Shown one piece after another: positions 30,233 through 39,436 of a DNA stretch of 64,000 nt. Within the stretch, counting starts at the first letter, position 1. Each line of letters starts with the position of its first letter. The stretch comes from Vulcanimicrobiota bacterium. Lineage in GTDB: Bacteria; Vulcanimicrobiota; Vulcanimicrobiia; Vulcanimicrobiales; Vulcanimicrobiaceae. A program made the position numbers and the translations under genes. The notes under the pieces are model-generated. The model made no database searches. It had not been told where the DNA came from and saw only the letters and a list, made by a program, of their open reading frames with translations. Location of the stretch: positions 640,001 through 704,000 of the forward strand of contig OY970223.1 in assembly GCA_963714015.1 (NCBI GenBank), written 5' to 3'.

Positions 30233-30884
30233 CGACCGCGTGGGGCGCAAGCTGTGCGTACGCCCGTCGCGCTTCGAGCCAAGACTCCCGGCTTACCGGC
30301 GTGTCCGCGTACAGAACGTCGCTGAAGATCCGGGCGAGTGCATCGAACGGGGCGATGAATTGCTGCTCGCCGCGGCCTATTTGCCGGCGGCATTCGTTGA
30401 CGGTGAAGCTTGGATCGTCGTGAACGACTCCGCGTACGTCGAGCGCCGCCAGGGAAGCGCGAAAAAGCAGCGTCACTGCAAGGGCGTAGCGGCCGTTCGC
30501 CTCGGCGGTCACACTCTGCTGATACAGAGTGCGCGCCGTGAGTCGCCCGGCGATTGGAACCGCCGCTGCAGCATCGCTGCGTTCTCGCGCATAAAGCGAG
30601 AGCAGCCGGACGAGGACCGCAATGACCAATATCGCGGCTGCCGCGACCAGTAAATCGCCGAAAAGAACGCTCACACCGGGTGCAACGTGGACGTTGTGGC
30701 CGAACGCTTGAACGAAACGGTCCCATTCCCCGCCCAGCCAGTTTCCCAGGCGATCCCACCAAGTCGTTTGCTGCAGCGGGTTCCGGTGCGCAAAACGCCG
30801 TTCGGCGAGAATGAGGCGCGCAGCCGCGCGCGGATCGATCGGAGGCGCGTTCGCGCCGAATGCTGGAAGACCCGCGAGGGTCAC
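30222..30884 (-). CDS. DUF4129 domain protein
   Basis: GRYALAV..LFRA.L..LD, TVNE and FSDVLYA; GTG 30884 overlaps the upstream TGA. Confidence 0.8.
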   Translation of the reverse strand: MTLAGLPAFGANAPPIDPRAAARLILAERRFAHRNPLQQTTWWDRLGNWLGGEWDRFVQAFGHNVHVAPGVSVLFGDLLVAAAAILVIAVLVRLLSLYARERSDAAAAVPIAGRLTARTLYQQSVTAEANGRYALAVTLLFRASLAALDVRGVVHDDPSFTVNECRRQIGRGEQQFIAPFDALARIFSDVLYADTPVSRESWLEARRAYAQLAPHAVDAA

Positions 30885-31822
30885 GTTTGCGGCGTCGTCT
30901 GCAGAGCGTCGATCTGCGCGTGTAGATCCAATCCTTCGAAACGGATGCGAACGTCGTAGTAGTAGACGGCTATGAGCACGCCCATGAAGCCCGTCGCTAT
31001 CAGCGAGAGCACCGCTTGAAACACCTGAACGATCAGCAGTTGGTGCGTCGCGCCGAGCGCTAAACTGACGGCGCCCGACAACAGCATCAGCGCTATCTCG
31101 AGCGCGACGAAGACGAGGCAAATCAGCGCGCTGCGTCCCAGCTCGCGCCGGTTGAAGACTCGCGCGAACGACGCGCGAAGGGCGCTGCCGAAAGACATCT
31201 CCTCGATGCCGATTGCCTGAAACGCGAGCGCCATCGCCAAATAGCACAGCATGAACACGATGACGTACGCGAGCGCGAGAGGAAGCAGCAGCACGATCAA
31301 TAGAATGCCCACCGCGGGCTGAACTTGCACCACAACTGCCGCTATGCCGCCGCCGATGCCGAAGACGATAGCACCGCCGAGCACTACGGCGATGTAAACG
31401 AACACCGCCGTCAACACCAGCATCAGAATGGCCCCGGCATGGCGAAGCGCCACCGCGTACGCTTCTTTCCAATCGCTCGTCCGGGACGCGTACAGTTGCC
31501 CAACTGCGGATCCTATCGCCACGTACATGAACGGTGTAAGCAGCAGCGACGCCACGATCACCAAAAAGTACCAGGGTGCGATAGCGGGAAACGCCTGCGA
31601 GGCAGGCGTGGGGTGCTGAACTTGCTTGAGTATGCTTTCCAGCGCTCCCGCCGAACCCAATGCCGCGAAATATCCGGCGATCGCTACCGGAATCGTCACG
31701 AACGCAGCGATGATGCAAAACATCACGAAGTTGCGAACGAAGATTGTTACCGCTCGATCGACGATCTCCCCGATACCGAGAGGACGCAGGTCGAAGCTCT
31801 GGGCAGGTTCCGATGCCGTCAT
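30881..31822 (-). CDS. Integral membrane protein of MoxR clusters (GDPD-membrane-domain-like)
   Basis: LRPLGIGEIVDRA N-terminus, about 6 TM segments, YYYDVRIRFEGLDL C-terminus. Confidence 0.85.
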   Translation of the reverse strand: MTASEPAQSFDLRPLGIGEIVDRAVTIFVRNFVMFCIIAAFVTIPVAIAGYFAALGSAGALESILKQVQHPTPASQAFPAIAPWYFLVIVASLLLTPFMYVAIGSAVGQLYASRTSDWKEAYAVALRHAGAILMLVLTAVFVYIAVVLGGAIVFGIGGGIAAVVVQVQPAVGILLIVLLLPLALAYVIVFMLCYLAMALAFQAIGIEEMSFGSALRASFARVFNRRELGRSALICLVFVALEIALMLLSGAVSLALGATHQLLIVQVFQAVLSLIATGFMGVLIAVYYYDVRIRFEGLDLHAQIDALQTTPQT

Positions 31823-32030
31823 ATCAGCGATGACTCCATTGCGTCGAGCGAAGTATCGGGATCGGATGCTTCGCGCCGAATGCGAATATCGAAATAATAG
31901 AGCGAGGCGCCGCAAAGCGGAAGCAATGCTCCCAAACGCGCGCCGGTTGCGAAAGCAACGTAATCGCGCGATTGAAAATCTCGCCGATCCCTAAAGGACG
32001 CAGCGTCAAGCTATGCTCGCCGGCACCCAT
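31819..32030 (-). pseudogene. Internally deleted paralog of the adjacent membrane-protein gene
   Basis: Encodes LRPLGIGEIFNRAITL and, in another frame, LYYFDIRIRREASD...*, within only 212 bp. Confidence 0.75.
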
Positions 32031-32075
32031 CCACGCCACTTTCTTGAGGATTCGGGGGCTGTCCTATGGTAAAAC

Positions 32076-32723
32076 ATGATTATGCGCGTCTTGGGCGAGC
32101 TGCGGAACATCTGGCGCTATCCGGTGAAAAGCCTGGCTGCTGAATCATTGGCGGTCGCGCCCCTGGAGGCAAACGGCATTCCGGGCGATCGCGCCCGCGC
32201 GCTGTTCGTGGAGTCCGGTCACGCTCGCGAGGGGAAAACCTACCGCGGGAAGGAGCACAATCTGCTCCATACGACCGCTCGACCAACGGCGGCAGCAGAT
32301 CTGGCCCGCGATCGCGGCGTGAACGTGGAACTGCGGCGCGACGAGGAACAGCGGTTCTTCGACGACGCGCCCGTTTCACTCATATTCGACCGGTGGATCG
32401 ACGAGGTGTCCGCCGCGATGGGCACAAGGATGGATCCCCTCCGGTGGCGGCCGAACCTGTACGCTTGTGCCGCGAGCGATTTCGGATTTCGCGAACGCGA
32501 CTTGCTGGGCGGATTGCTGCTCTTGGGACAGGCTGTGCTCTTGGCGGTTTCGCCTATCGAGCGCTGCGTGACGACGACCTACGACGTCGCGACCGGCGAG
32601 CCCGATCCGGCAGTACTGAAGTACGTCGCGCAACAACGGGGAAACGTAATGGGCGTTTACTGCGAGGTCGAATTGGCCGGAACCGTTCGGGTGGGAGATC
32701 CTTTGCGTTTACGCGATCGCTGA
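32076..32723 (+). CDS. MOSC domain protein
   Basis: IWRYPVKS, GIPGDR, RWRPNL, ERCVTT and GTVRVGD. Confidence 0.92.
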   Translation: MIMRVLGELRNIWRYPVKSLAAESLAVAPLEANGIPGDRARALFVESGHAREGKTYRGKEHNLLHTTARPTAAADLARDRGVNVELRRDEEQRFFDDAPVSLIFDRWIDEVSAAMGTRMDPLRWRPNLYACAASDFGFRERDLLGGLLLLGQAVLLAVSPIERCVTTTYDVATGEPDPAVLKYVAQQRGNVMGVYCEVELAGTVRVGDPLRLRDR

Positions 32724-33028
32724 ACCTCACGCACCAACGACTCGAGTTCGTCGATATATTCCAAAAAACGTTCTCGACCGCTTGAGGTGATGCGCACGAT
32801 CGTCTGGGGGCGGCCCTTTCCGGTAATCCGCTCCATCTGCACGATCCCGATTTCGGCGAGGGCATGCAGGTGCCGGTTCAAATTTCCATCAGTAAGGTCG
32901 CAAGCGTCTTGAAGCTGCGTAAAGGACGCGCCGTCGGGATTCGCGACGAGCGCGCTGCAGATGGCAAGGCGTCCTCGCTCGTGGAACGTGCGGTCTAGTC
33001 CGCTCAGCGAAAACGGAGCTTCAGGCAT
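32657..33028 (-). CDS. Winged-helix (ArsR/MarR-like) transcriptional regulator
   Basis: LDRTFHERGRLAI.S.L...SFTQL....LTDGNLNRHL..L...RP.T....T..GR..F..Y. Confidence 0.9.
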   Translation of the reverse strand: MPEAPFSLSGLDRTFHERGRLAICSALVANPDGASFTQLQDACDLTDGNLNRHLHALAEIGIVQMERITGKGRPQTIVRITSSGRERFLEYIDELESLVREVQRSRKRKGSPTRTVPANSTSQ

Positions 33029-33626
33029 GCGCCGCACGCTCGCGCATCACGCTAAAGCCGATCGCCAGCTGACCCGCCGCAAAACCCAGCGCGGGAATCC
33101 ACCACTGCAGCGCGATCGCCGCCGGAACAAAGAACAGCACTAATCCCGCCAGCAGAAATCCCGCCGCTATCGGGGTGGCGGCGCGCGGAATCATCATGCG
33201 CGATGCGCAAAGGCCGACGCCGTAACACCCGAACCACACGCCGGGTAAAAACGCGAACAGCTTCGCGTTCAGCAGCGAAAATGAAAGCGCGCCGCCCAGT
33301 AACAATGCCGGGATGATTGCGAAGCCCACGGTCGCGGTTTGCCACCGGTCGCGGGCGTCCGCGTCATTGACGTACCAGTGGGCGATTGCACCGTAGTTGA
33401 TCAGAACCGAGGCCGCGCAGCAGACGAACCAAATGGCGAAATACAGATGGCCCTGCGCCGCGGTTTGCACGGAGGGCACCATGAGCGATTGCACTACGCC
33501 GGCGATCAACGCAAAAACGCCGGAGACTGCCGACGCAATGCCGGAGTAGCCTTTGAACCGCTGCGCGTGGCCGAGGCGCTCACGCACCTCGGCGATGTCG
33601 GCCAGCGCTCTTTCCAGATCGGTCAT
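33021..33626 (-). CDS. Hypothetical membrane protein (about 6 TM), co-transcribed with the regulator
   Basis: ALADIAEVR N-terminus and hydrophobic helices; overlaps the regulator start. Confidence 0.8.
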   Translation of the reverse strand: MTDLERALADIAEVRERLGHAQRFKGYSGIASAVSGVFALIAGVVQSLMVPSVQTAAQGHLYFAIWFVCCAASVLINYGAIAHWYVNDADARDRWQTATVGFAIIPALLLGGALSFSLLNAKLFAFLPGVWFGCYGVGLCASRMMIPRAATPIAAGFLLAGLVLFFVPAAIALQWWIPALGFAAGQLAIGFSVMRERAAHA

Positions 33627-33632
33627 CTACAA

Positions 33633-33649
33633 ACTTTGTATCACAAAGT
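33633..33649. promoter_or_regulatory. Palindromic operator ACTTTGT-N3-ACAAAGT
   Basis: Perfect 7-bp inverted repeat 6 bp upstream of the start at 33626, AT-rich in a GC-rich background. Confidence 0.65.
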
Positions 33650-33669
33650 GGTAGCGGCCGCAATGCCGT

Positions 33670-34350
33670 TTAGGGCGTCCAGATGCTCGTCGGATAGAAA
33701 TTCCCGTGGCCGTCGATGGTGCCGTGCGCGGCAATTCGTTGTCCGATTCGGAACTGTCCGGCATCCGCTACGACCCATTCTCCGGTGGTGTGGCGCGAAG
33801 GTTCCCATACGGCGATCGTATGGGTGCCGATGCGCTGTACCGTGCCGCTGAGCGTCACCGTGTTCGGAACCGCGCCGACGGCGACGCGCTGCGGAAAGAA
33901 GTGGCCGAAGCGATCCTCCGTGCCCCAGCCCGTCACGATTTGACCGGGCCGATAACCGGACGCGTTGGCCACAATCCATTCGCCGGTTTCGTTAACCCCG
34001 TTTTCCCAAACCGCAATCGTGTTCGTACCGACGCGCTGTACTACGCCGCTGAGCGAGATCGTCGACGGATTTCCGGCAACCCTGACGCGCCTGGGATAGA
34101 AGCGTCCGGAACGGTCTTCAGTACCGACGCCCACGACGTATTCGCCGGAGTGGTACGCTCCTGGATTTGAAAGTACCCATTCGCCGGTCTCGCCGCGTGC
34201 GTTCTCCCAAACCGCGATAGTGTGCGCACCGATGCTCTGCACTGTCCCCGAGAGCGTAATGGTATTCGACTGCGCGGCGGCCCGCAGTGCGGGCACTGCA
34301 AGCGATCCCGCCAAGACCGCGGCGCTCAAGTAGGTGATGAAGCGAGCCAT
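33670..34350 (-). CDS. Secreted protein with three tandem ~67-aa beta-rich repeats
   Basis: GGAGG RBS, signal peptide, three copies of T.LSG.VQ..G..TIAVWE.....TGEW...GT.D..G.F.P. Confidence 0.8.
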   Translation of the reverse strand: MARFITYLSAAVLAGSLAVPALRAAAQSNTITLSGTVQSIGAHTIAVWENARGETGEWVLSNPGAYHSGEYVVGVGTEDRSGRFYPRRVRVAGNPSTISLSGVVQRVGTNTIAVWENGVNETGEWIVANASGYRPGQIVTGWGTEDRFGHFFPQRVAVGAVPNTVTLSGTVQRIGTHTIAVWEPSRHTTGEWVVADAGQFRIGQRIAAHGTIDGHGNFYPTSIWTP

Positions 34351-34378
34351 TGCTCTTCCTCCGTTGTGTGTGTTCCAG

Positions 34379-35089
34379 TTACACAACGTTTCCCAGGCCG
34401 GGACGTTCTCGCTCACTTGCTGCACCGGAAACGGAACGCTCTTCTGCGCAGTTGATACGCAGCACGAATCCCGCGCTGACGCGCGCCGCATCGACGCAGC
34501 GAAAGTCCGGAACCGCATCGATGGTGAACGCTTGGTGCGATCCGACGGCGATCGCTTTTGCGCCCGCGCGAATCGCGGAGAGTATTCCGCTGGGAGCGTC
34601 TTCGAACACGAGGCAGCGGCGGCGATCGACGCCTAATGCGGCGATGGCCTTGGCGTACGGCTGAGGATCCGGCTTGCCTTGCGTAACGTCCTCCGCGGCG
34701 ATCAGTACGCGCGGACTGGGAATACCGCACCGCTTCAGACGCGGAATTGCGATTCGGCGTGTGCTCGACGTGGCGACCGCCCACGGCGCGCTCATCTCGA
34801 TCAGGCGGCAAACGAATTGGGCAGCTCCGGCCACGGGCACGACGCTCTCCAGCAAAGATTGTTCCAATTGCTCCATCTGCTCGAACGACGCTTGCAGATC
34901 CCCATCCGGTACCAAGACCCGCAGCGCTTCGATCGTCGTGCGTCCGTGGCCCGTTTGGATCGCGCGGCGCACATCGACGCCGTGCAGACGCGACCACGCT
35001 TCCCACGATTGGTTCACCGCCTGCTTCGAGTCGGCGAGCACGCCGTCGAGATCGAAAACGATTCCTTCGAACGGATGCTCGCGGATCAC
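34379..35089 (-). CDS. HAD-IA family phosphatase
   Basis: FDLDGVLADS, WAVATSS, GKPDPQPY and VFEDAPSG. Confidence 0.92.
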   Translation of the reverse strand: MIREHPFEGIVFDLDGVLADSKQAVNQSWEAWSRLHGVDVRRAIQTGHGRTTIEALRVLVPDGDLQASFEQMEQLEQSLLESVVPVAGAAQFVCRLIEMSAPWAVATSSTRRIAIPRLKRCGIPSPRVLIAAEDVTQGKPDPQPYAKAIAALGVDRRRCLVFEDAPSGILSAIRAGAKAIAVGSHQAFTIDAVPDFRCVDAARVSAGFVLRINCAEERSVSGAASERERPGLGNVV

Positions 35090-35694
35090 AATACCCGGCG
35101 GCCTTCGATCGCTTTGGCCAGGGTCACTTCATCAGCGTAATCTAAGTCGCCGCCAATCGGCAGTCCGTACGCAAGACGCGTAACGCTCACCCCGAGCGGC
35201 GTGAGCAAACGGGAGAGATAGAGCGCCGTCGCTTCACCTTCGGCATTGGGATTGGTTGCGATGATGATTTCGTGCGGTGCTTCGGCGGCAATGCGCTCGA
35301 CGAGCTCTTTTACGTGTAATTGCGCGGGACCGATGCCGTCCATCGGAGAGATCAGCCCGCCCAGTACGTGATAACGGCCCTTGAACGCGTGCGTACGCTC
35401 GAGAGCGTAGATGTCCTTGGCTTCCGCGACGACGCAAATCGTTTTCCCGTCGCGGCGTTCGTCGGTGCAGAACTCGCACGGATCTTCTTCCGTTATTGCA
35501 AAGCAGGTCGAGCACAAACGAACCCGGTCCTTGACCGCGATGATCGCTTCCGCGAGCTCCTGTGCTTCGTTGCGCGGGCGGTTGAGCAGATAGAAGACCA
35601 GGCGCGCTGCAGTCTTCGGACCAACCGTCGGAAGCTTGGAGAATTCGTTGATCAGCGTTTCGACGGGACCCGCGATGCCGTTGGAACCGGGCAC
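35086..35694 (-). CDS. recR: Recombination mediator RecR
   Basis: LPTVGPKTAARL, CxxC...CxxC, YHVLGGLISP, ATNPNAEGEATA and LDYADEVTL. Confidence 0.98.
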   Translation of the reverse strand: MPGSNGIAGPVETLINEFSKLPTVGPKTAARLVFYLLNRPRNEAQELAEAIIAVKDRVRLCSTCFAITEEDPCEFCTDERRDGKTICVVAEAKDIYALERTHAFKGRYHVLGGLISPMDGIGPAQLHVKELVERIAAEAPHEIIIATNPNAEGEATALYLSRLLTPLGVSVTRLAYGLPIGGDLDYADEVTLAKAIEGRRVL

Positions 35695-35697
35695 GGC

Positions 35698-36006
35698 TTA
35701 CATGAGGCCGGGAATCTTCATGCCCCCGGTCAGCCGTCCCATCCGCGACTGCGCGGTCTCTTCCACTTTTTTGAGCGCATCGTTGAAAGCCACGACCAGC
35801 AAATCTTCCAGCGTCTCCACGTCGCCGGGATCGACTGCTTCTTTGGAAACGCTTATGCTCTTGACTCGATGGTCGCACGTCATTTCTATTCGAACCGAGT
35901 CGCCCGAAGCAACGCCCGTGACGGCGGTGTTCGCGAGCTCGTCCTGAGCTTTTGCCATCTCTTGCTGCATCTTGCGCATCTGCGCCAACAACTGCGCCTG
36001 GTTCAT
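35698..36006 (-). CDS. ybaB: YbaB/EbfC nucleoid-associated protein
   Basis: MQQEMAKAQDEL, VDPGDVETLEDLLVVAFNDA; dnaX-ybaB-recR synteny. Confidence 0.96.
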   Translation of the reverse strand: MNQAQLLAQMRKMQQEMAKAQDELANTAVTGVASGDSVRIEMTCDHRVKSISVSKEAVDPGDVETLEDLLVVAFNDALKKVEETAQSRMGRLTGGMKIPGLM

Positions 36007-36007
36007 C

Positions 36008-37654
36008 TCACTTGATCCGTTCGTTCAAATAGGAAAAGAGTTCGTCGGGGTCGTCGCCGGGGCCATTCGCAAAGGCGTCTGCGCCGTCTTGCAGCCGTGC
36101 TGCCGTACGCGCGGCGGTTCCCCCTTTTGGCTTAGCGGCCGCCGCACCCGCTTCAAACCGAACCTGCAGATCCGCGCCAAGGGCCTCTTGAATCGCCGAG
36201 CGGATCAACGGCGCACTCTCTTTGAGGATCTCCGCCGAGTACGGACTGGGAACTTTGATCGCCAGGACGCCGTCCTGCAACGAGGCCGGCATCGCGCGCC
36301 GCAGCTCCCCGCGCAGCGATTGCCGCTGGCTCTCGACCTTCGTGCGGATCGACTCCCAGGCAGCTCGGACTTTCTGGATCGTCACGGGAGCCTGCGGCGA
36401 AGCAGAAGCGGCCGGCGAGCGGCCGGAAGAGTCCGCCGGCGCAGGGGGCACGCGGGCCGGCGCAGGAGCCGGAACATCCGGCGGCGTTTCGACGGCCGGT
36501 GCGGTTTGGAGCGCGGGTACCGTGGGGCCGGCTTCTAGGACGGAAACGCGGGCGCTCAGGGCGTCGTAGGTGGGGTCCTCCGGCGCAAAGACGTACCGCA
36601 GCAGCGCCGTTTCGAGCTCGAGGCGCGGGTTGCCCGAGGATCGCGCCGTCGTGAGCCCGTCCGAGAGCAGACGCAGCGCGCGCACGACGAGCGCCTGCGG
36701 AAGTTGCCGGCTCCGCTCCGCCGCGACTCGTGCGTCCTCGGGTGCGAGATCGCGGGCCAGCAGCGCCGGCTCGATCCGGGCCACCAGCAAATTGCGAAAC
36801 TCGGCGATGAGGCCGCGCATAAGCACCTGCATGTCGGCGCCTGCGTCGCTGGCCTCGTCGATGGTCTTGAGCACGCCGCTCGCATCGCGCGCGATCAATT
36901 GATCGATCAGCGTACCTGCGTAATTTCGGCCGCTCGCGCCGAACGCCAGATCGATGGTCTGCGCCGCGATCGCGCCTTCCGCGAACGCCGCGGCTTGTTC
37001 GAGCATGGTGAGTGCGTCGCGCAATCCGCCGTCGGCCCGGTACGCAATTGCGGAGAGCGCCGCGTCGTCCACGGGTATGCCTTCGGCTTTTGCAATGTCC
37101 CGCATGCGTTCGATCATCACGGGAATTGCAATGCGACGGAATGCATAACGCTGACATCGTGACAGAATCGTTACGGGCAGTTTCTCCGGCTCGGTCGTCG
37201 CCAAAATGAAGACCGCGTGCGGCGGCGGCTCTTCCAACGTCTTCAAAAACGCGTTAGCGCCCTCTTTGGTGAGCATGTGCGCCTCGTCGATGATGTAAAC
37301 TTTCATCCGCATCGTCGCCGGCGCAAACTTCACCGCGTCGCGCAGCGCGCGGATCTCGTCGATCCCGCGATTGCTGGCCGCATCTATCTCCAGGACGTCG
37401 AGAGCGGTGCCCGCTAAAATGGCCTGACAGTTCTCGCAGGTGTTGTCGGGCGCCGCCGTAGGACCGTTTACGCAGTCGATGCAGCGCGCGAGGATCTTTG
37501 CCGCGGACGTCTTTCCCGAACCGCGCGGCCCCGAGAAGAGATAGGCGTGCGCGAGCTTACCGCTCTCAAGTGCACTCGTCAGCGTACGAACGACTGCGTC
37601 CTGGCCGACGAGATCGGCAAAGGTCTTTGGGCGCCAGGTTCGATAGAGGGACAC
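36008..37654 (-). CDS. dnaX: DNA polymerase III subunit gamma/tau
   Basis: LYRTWRP..F, HAYLFSGPRGSGKT, EIDAASNRG, IIDEAHML, LKTLEEPP and SRCQ. Confidence 0.98.
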   Translation of the reverse strand: MSLYRTWRPKTFADLVGQDAVVRTLTSALESGKLAHAYLFSGPRGSGKTSAAKILARCIDCVNGPTAAPDNTCENCQAILAGTALDVLEIDAASNRGIDEIRALRDAVKFAPATMRMKVYIIDEAHMLTKEGANAFLKTLEEPPPHAVFILATTEPEKLPVTILSRCQRYAFRRIAIPVMIERMRDIAKAEGIPVDDAALSAIAYRADGGLRDALTMLEQAAAFAEGAIAAQTIDLAFGASGRNYAGTLIDQLIARDASGVLKTIDEASDAGADMQVLMRGLIAEFRNLLVARIEPALLARDLAPEDARVAAERSRQLPQALVVRALRLLSDGLTTARSSGNPRLELETALLRYVFAPEDPTYDALSARVSVLEAGPTVPALQTAPAVETPPDVPAPAPARVPPAPADSSGRSPAASASPQAPVTIQKVRAAWESIRTKVESQRQSLRGELRRAMPASLQDGVLAIKVPSPYSAEILKESAPLIRSAIQEALGADLQVRFEAGAAAAKPKGGTAARTAARLQDGADAFANGPGDDPDELFSYLNERIK

Positions 37655-37674
37655 TCCGGGTAGTACTTTTCAGC

Positions 37675-37700
37675 GTTTCGCCGAGCCTGCCGCAGGGTAT
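37675..37700 (+). promoter_or_regulatory. SigB/SigF-like promoter GTTT-N16-GGGTAT upstream of recQ
   Basis: GTTT at 37675-37678 and GGGTAT at 37695-37700. Confidence 0.45.
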
Positions 37701-37786
37701 ACTGGTCACGTGCCGCCTCTTTCGTCCTTTTAGTGAAGAGGTGGGAACTTTGTTCTCCCCGGGCAATGCAAATAAGGAAGAGTGCC

Positions 37787-39433
37787 GTGGATCTGCGGAC
37801 TGCGCTTCGTGAGAAGTTCGGTTTCGAGTCGTTTCAGCCGGGCCAGGAAGAAGTCGTGAACCGGGTCGTCTCCGGTCAGGACACACTGGCCATTTTGGCC
37901 ACCGGTGCCGGCAAAAGTCTGACGTATCAACTGCCTGCTCTGCTGCTCGAGGGAACGACGGTCGTGGTGAGCCCGCTCATCGCGCTCATGAAGGATCAGC
38001 TCGATATGCTGCGCGAGCTTTCGATCACCGCAGTGGTCGCCCTCAACTCGACGCTCTCGGAAGATCAGGAAGCCGCAGCACTCGAACGCATTCGCAGCAA
38101 AGGCATCAAGATCGTGTTCGTGACTCCGGAGAAACTCGAAGACGAGACGTTTATGGCGCTGCTGCAGTCCGTCAAAGTACCGCTCTTCGTCGTCGACGAG
38201 GCGCACTGCATCAGTCAGTGGGGCCACGATTTTCGCCCGGCGTATCTCGCGCTCGGGCACGTCATCGAGCGCCTGGGACATCCCACCGTGCTCGCCTTGA
38301 CCGCGACGGCAACGCCGGCCGTGCGCGAAGACATTCTGCATCAGCTCGGGATACCGAACGTCAAACCGATCGTCAAAGGGTTCGACCGGCCCAGTCTGAT
38401 CTATCAGGTGCGGCGCGCGGAGAAGGAAGCCGACAAGTTCAAGATTCTGAAGGCGCTGTTCGAACGCGAGTTGCAAGGCACCGGCATCATCTACACCGCG
38501 ACGATCAAGAACGCGCTCGAAGTACAGCACTATCTTCAAGAATATCTCGACATTCCGGCGGCGGTGTATCACTCAAAACTGCAAAAACACGATCGCACGG
38601 CCGTACACGAGCTGTTCATGGGCGAACACATCCGTGCCGTCGTCGCGACGAACGCATTCGGCCTTGGCATCGACAAGCCGAACATCCGCTTCGTCGTGCA
38701 TTACGACTTGCCGGGATCGGTCGAGGCTTACACGCAGGAAGCCGGCCGATCGGGCCGCGACGGTTTGCCTTCGAACTGCATCCTGATCTATCGAATGAGC
38801 GACACGCGGGTGCAAAACTACTTTCTGACGGGCAAGTATCCGGATATCGAAGAGGTGCAGAAAGTCTTCGGGACCTTGGAGATATTCGGCGCGCAAGAGG
38901 GCGGCGTTTCAATGACCGATCTGCGCAAAATCCTGCAGCTGCCGCTCACCAAGCTCAAAGTGATTCTGGCGCTGCTCAAGAAGGGCGGCTTCATCGAAAC
39001 CAGCAGCCGTTCGAAGTACCGGCTCACCGAAGCGGCGCGCAAGAACCGCGACATGGTCTTGAACCTGGCGAGCTACGAAACCAAGAAGTCGTACGATCAG
39101 AGTAAATTGGCGATGATGCTGCAGTACGCGGAGACGACGTCGTGCCGCCGTAAGTTTATCCTGAATTACTTCGGCGAAGATTTTGAGAAAGGGTACTGCG
39201 GCGCGTGCGACAACTGCTTGCGTGCTGCCGCAGCAACCACGCCCAAGGCCGAGCGAGGCGAAGTCGCGGTGGTTTCAGGCTATCGGATAGCCGACGTCGT
39301 CTTTCACCGGAAATTCGGACAGGGCACCGTCGAACGGACCGAAAAAGACTTGGTCACCGTGCTGTTCCCGAGTGTCGGCTATAAAACGCTGCTTGCCTCC
39401 GCGGTGAGCCGCTCCGAAGCCAAGATCGCCTAG
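37787..39433 (+). CDS. recQ: RecQ family ATP-dependent DNA helicase
   Basis: TGAGKSLTYQLP, VDEAHCISQWGHDFRPAY, QEAGRSGRDG and Zn site CRR...YFGE...CG.CDNC. Alternative start at 37766. Confidence 0.95.
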   Translation: MDLRTALREKFGFESFQPGQEEVVNRVVSGQDTLAILATGAGKSLTYQLPALLLEGTTVVVSPLIALMKDQLDMLRELSITAVVALNSTLSEDQEAAALERIRSKGIKIVFVTPEKLEDETFMALLQSVKVPLFVVDEAHCISQWGHDFRPAYLALGHVIERLGHPTVLALTATATPAVREDILHQLGIPNVKPIVKGFDRPSLIYQVRRAEKEADKFKILKALFERELQGTGIIYTATIKNALEVQHYLQEYLDIPAAVYHSKLQKHDRTAVHELFMGEHIRAVVATNAFGLGIDKPNIRFVVHYDLPGSVEAYTQEAGRSGRDGLPSNCILIYRMSDTRVQNYFLTGKYPDIEEVQKVFGTLEIFGAQEGGVSMTDLRKILQLPLTKLKVILALLKKGGFIETSSRSKYRLTEAARKNRDMVLNLASYETKKSYDQSKLAMMLQYAETTSCRRKFILNYFGEDFEKGYCGACDNCLRAAAATTPKAERGEVAVVSGYRIADVVFHRKFGQGTVERTEKDLVTVLFPSVGYKTLLASAVSRSEAKIA

Positions 39434-39436
39434 GGC

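Noticed and set aside
30885..31718. Long N-terminal extension of ORF 30222-31718
   Set aside because: It overlaps the real membrane-protein gene in another frame; the DUF4129 gene starts at the coupled GTG 30884.
36008..37654. Programmed frameshift site in dnaX
   Set aside because: No A-AAA-AAG or long A run seen on the coding strand.
37655..37786. SRP RNA (ffs), often found upstream of dnaX
   Set aside because: No SRP helix-8 motif seen; the spacer is a short divergent promoter region.
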